From Nemertoderma westbladi (Eukaryota > Animalia > Xenacoelomorpha), in assembly GCA_032718475.1 (NCBI GenBank), contig JAUCBJ010002074.1:35027-99026 (forward strand): a stretch of DNA of 64,000 nucleotides, written 5' to 3'. Position numbers and translations under genes: made by a program. Shown piece by piece: positions 63,700 to 64,000 of the stretch. Numbering within the stretch: position 1 is the first letter of the stretch; each line of letters begins with the position of its first letter. Under the pieces are notes generated by a model. It saw only the letters and a list, made by a program, of their open reading frames with translations. It did not search any database and was not told the origin of the DNA.

Positions 63700-64000
63700 A
63701 CAAGATGTCACATATGGGCTTCCTTTGTGATATTTAATGTTAACATAACTCAATCCTCTGCGATTTCATTGGCACATCAATATTTGAATAATAACAATGA
63801 CTTCTAGAACATAGCATTTATTCGGGAGATGAAGCGCGGAAGTGGTGTTATTTTTTTTTAATTGATAATTTTTTATTATTTTTTTAATTTTTAATACTTT
63901 CCCAGTCATACCCTAAGGCCTAAGGCCTACGGCCCATGGGTTATATCCTGAACCGCTGGTAAAATAACCGGGAAAATAACTCAAAACAACTGTAGGGTAA

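Overview
Eukaryotic (animal-like) genomic DNA. The host gene is an axonemal outer-arm dynein heavy chain (DNAH5/DNAH8 type) on the minus strand. Seven GT-AG exons (63522-63291, 54502-54287, 43564-43245, 36562-36384, 32876-32689, 22584-22390, 17730-17641; about 1.4 kb coding) splice in frame and encode the linker end and AAA1 (P-loop GPAGTGKT, Walker B CFDEFNR). The introns are greatly expanded: each of the six complete introns carries its own tandem array (46, 27, 49, 61, 28 and 30/14+54 bp units; about 33 kb in total), and several arrays visibly derive from adjacent sequence. The rest is retroelement DNA: a 12.5 kb BEL/Pao-type LTR element (1238-bp LTRs, CATTA TSD, intact gag-protease ORF, no RT) nested in a two-ORF LINE, a second diverged member of that LINE group, and RTE and CR1/L2 fragments. 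Most notable observations: (1) the BEL/Pao element has no tRNA-type PBS; instead the 12 nt after its 5' LTR are perfectly complementary to a sequence inside its own LTR, suggesting Tf1-like self-priming. (2) About 115 tandem copies of the 3' splice site of the P-loop exon precede the true acceptor, and use of a consensus decoy gives an in-frame stop. (3) In two diverged LINEs, ORF2 follows ORF1 in frame across a single TGA-C with no AUG before the zinc finger, suggesting readthrough. The very long ORFs in the ORF track over the satellites are repeat artefacts.
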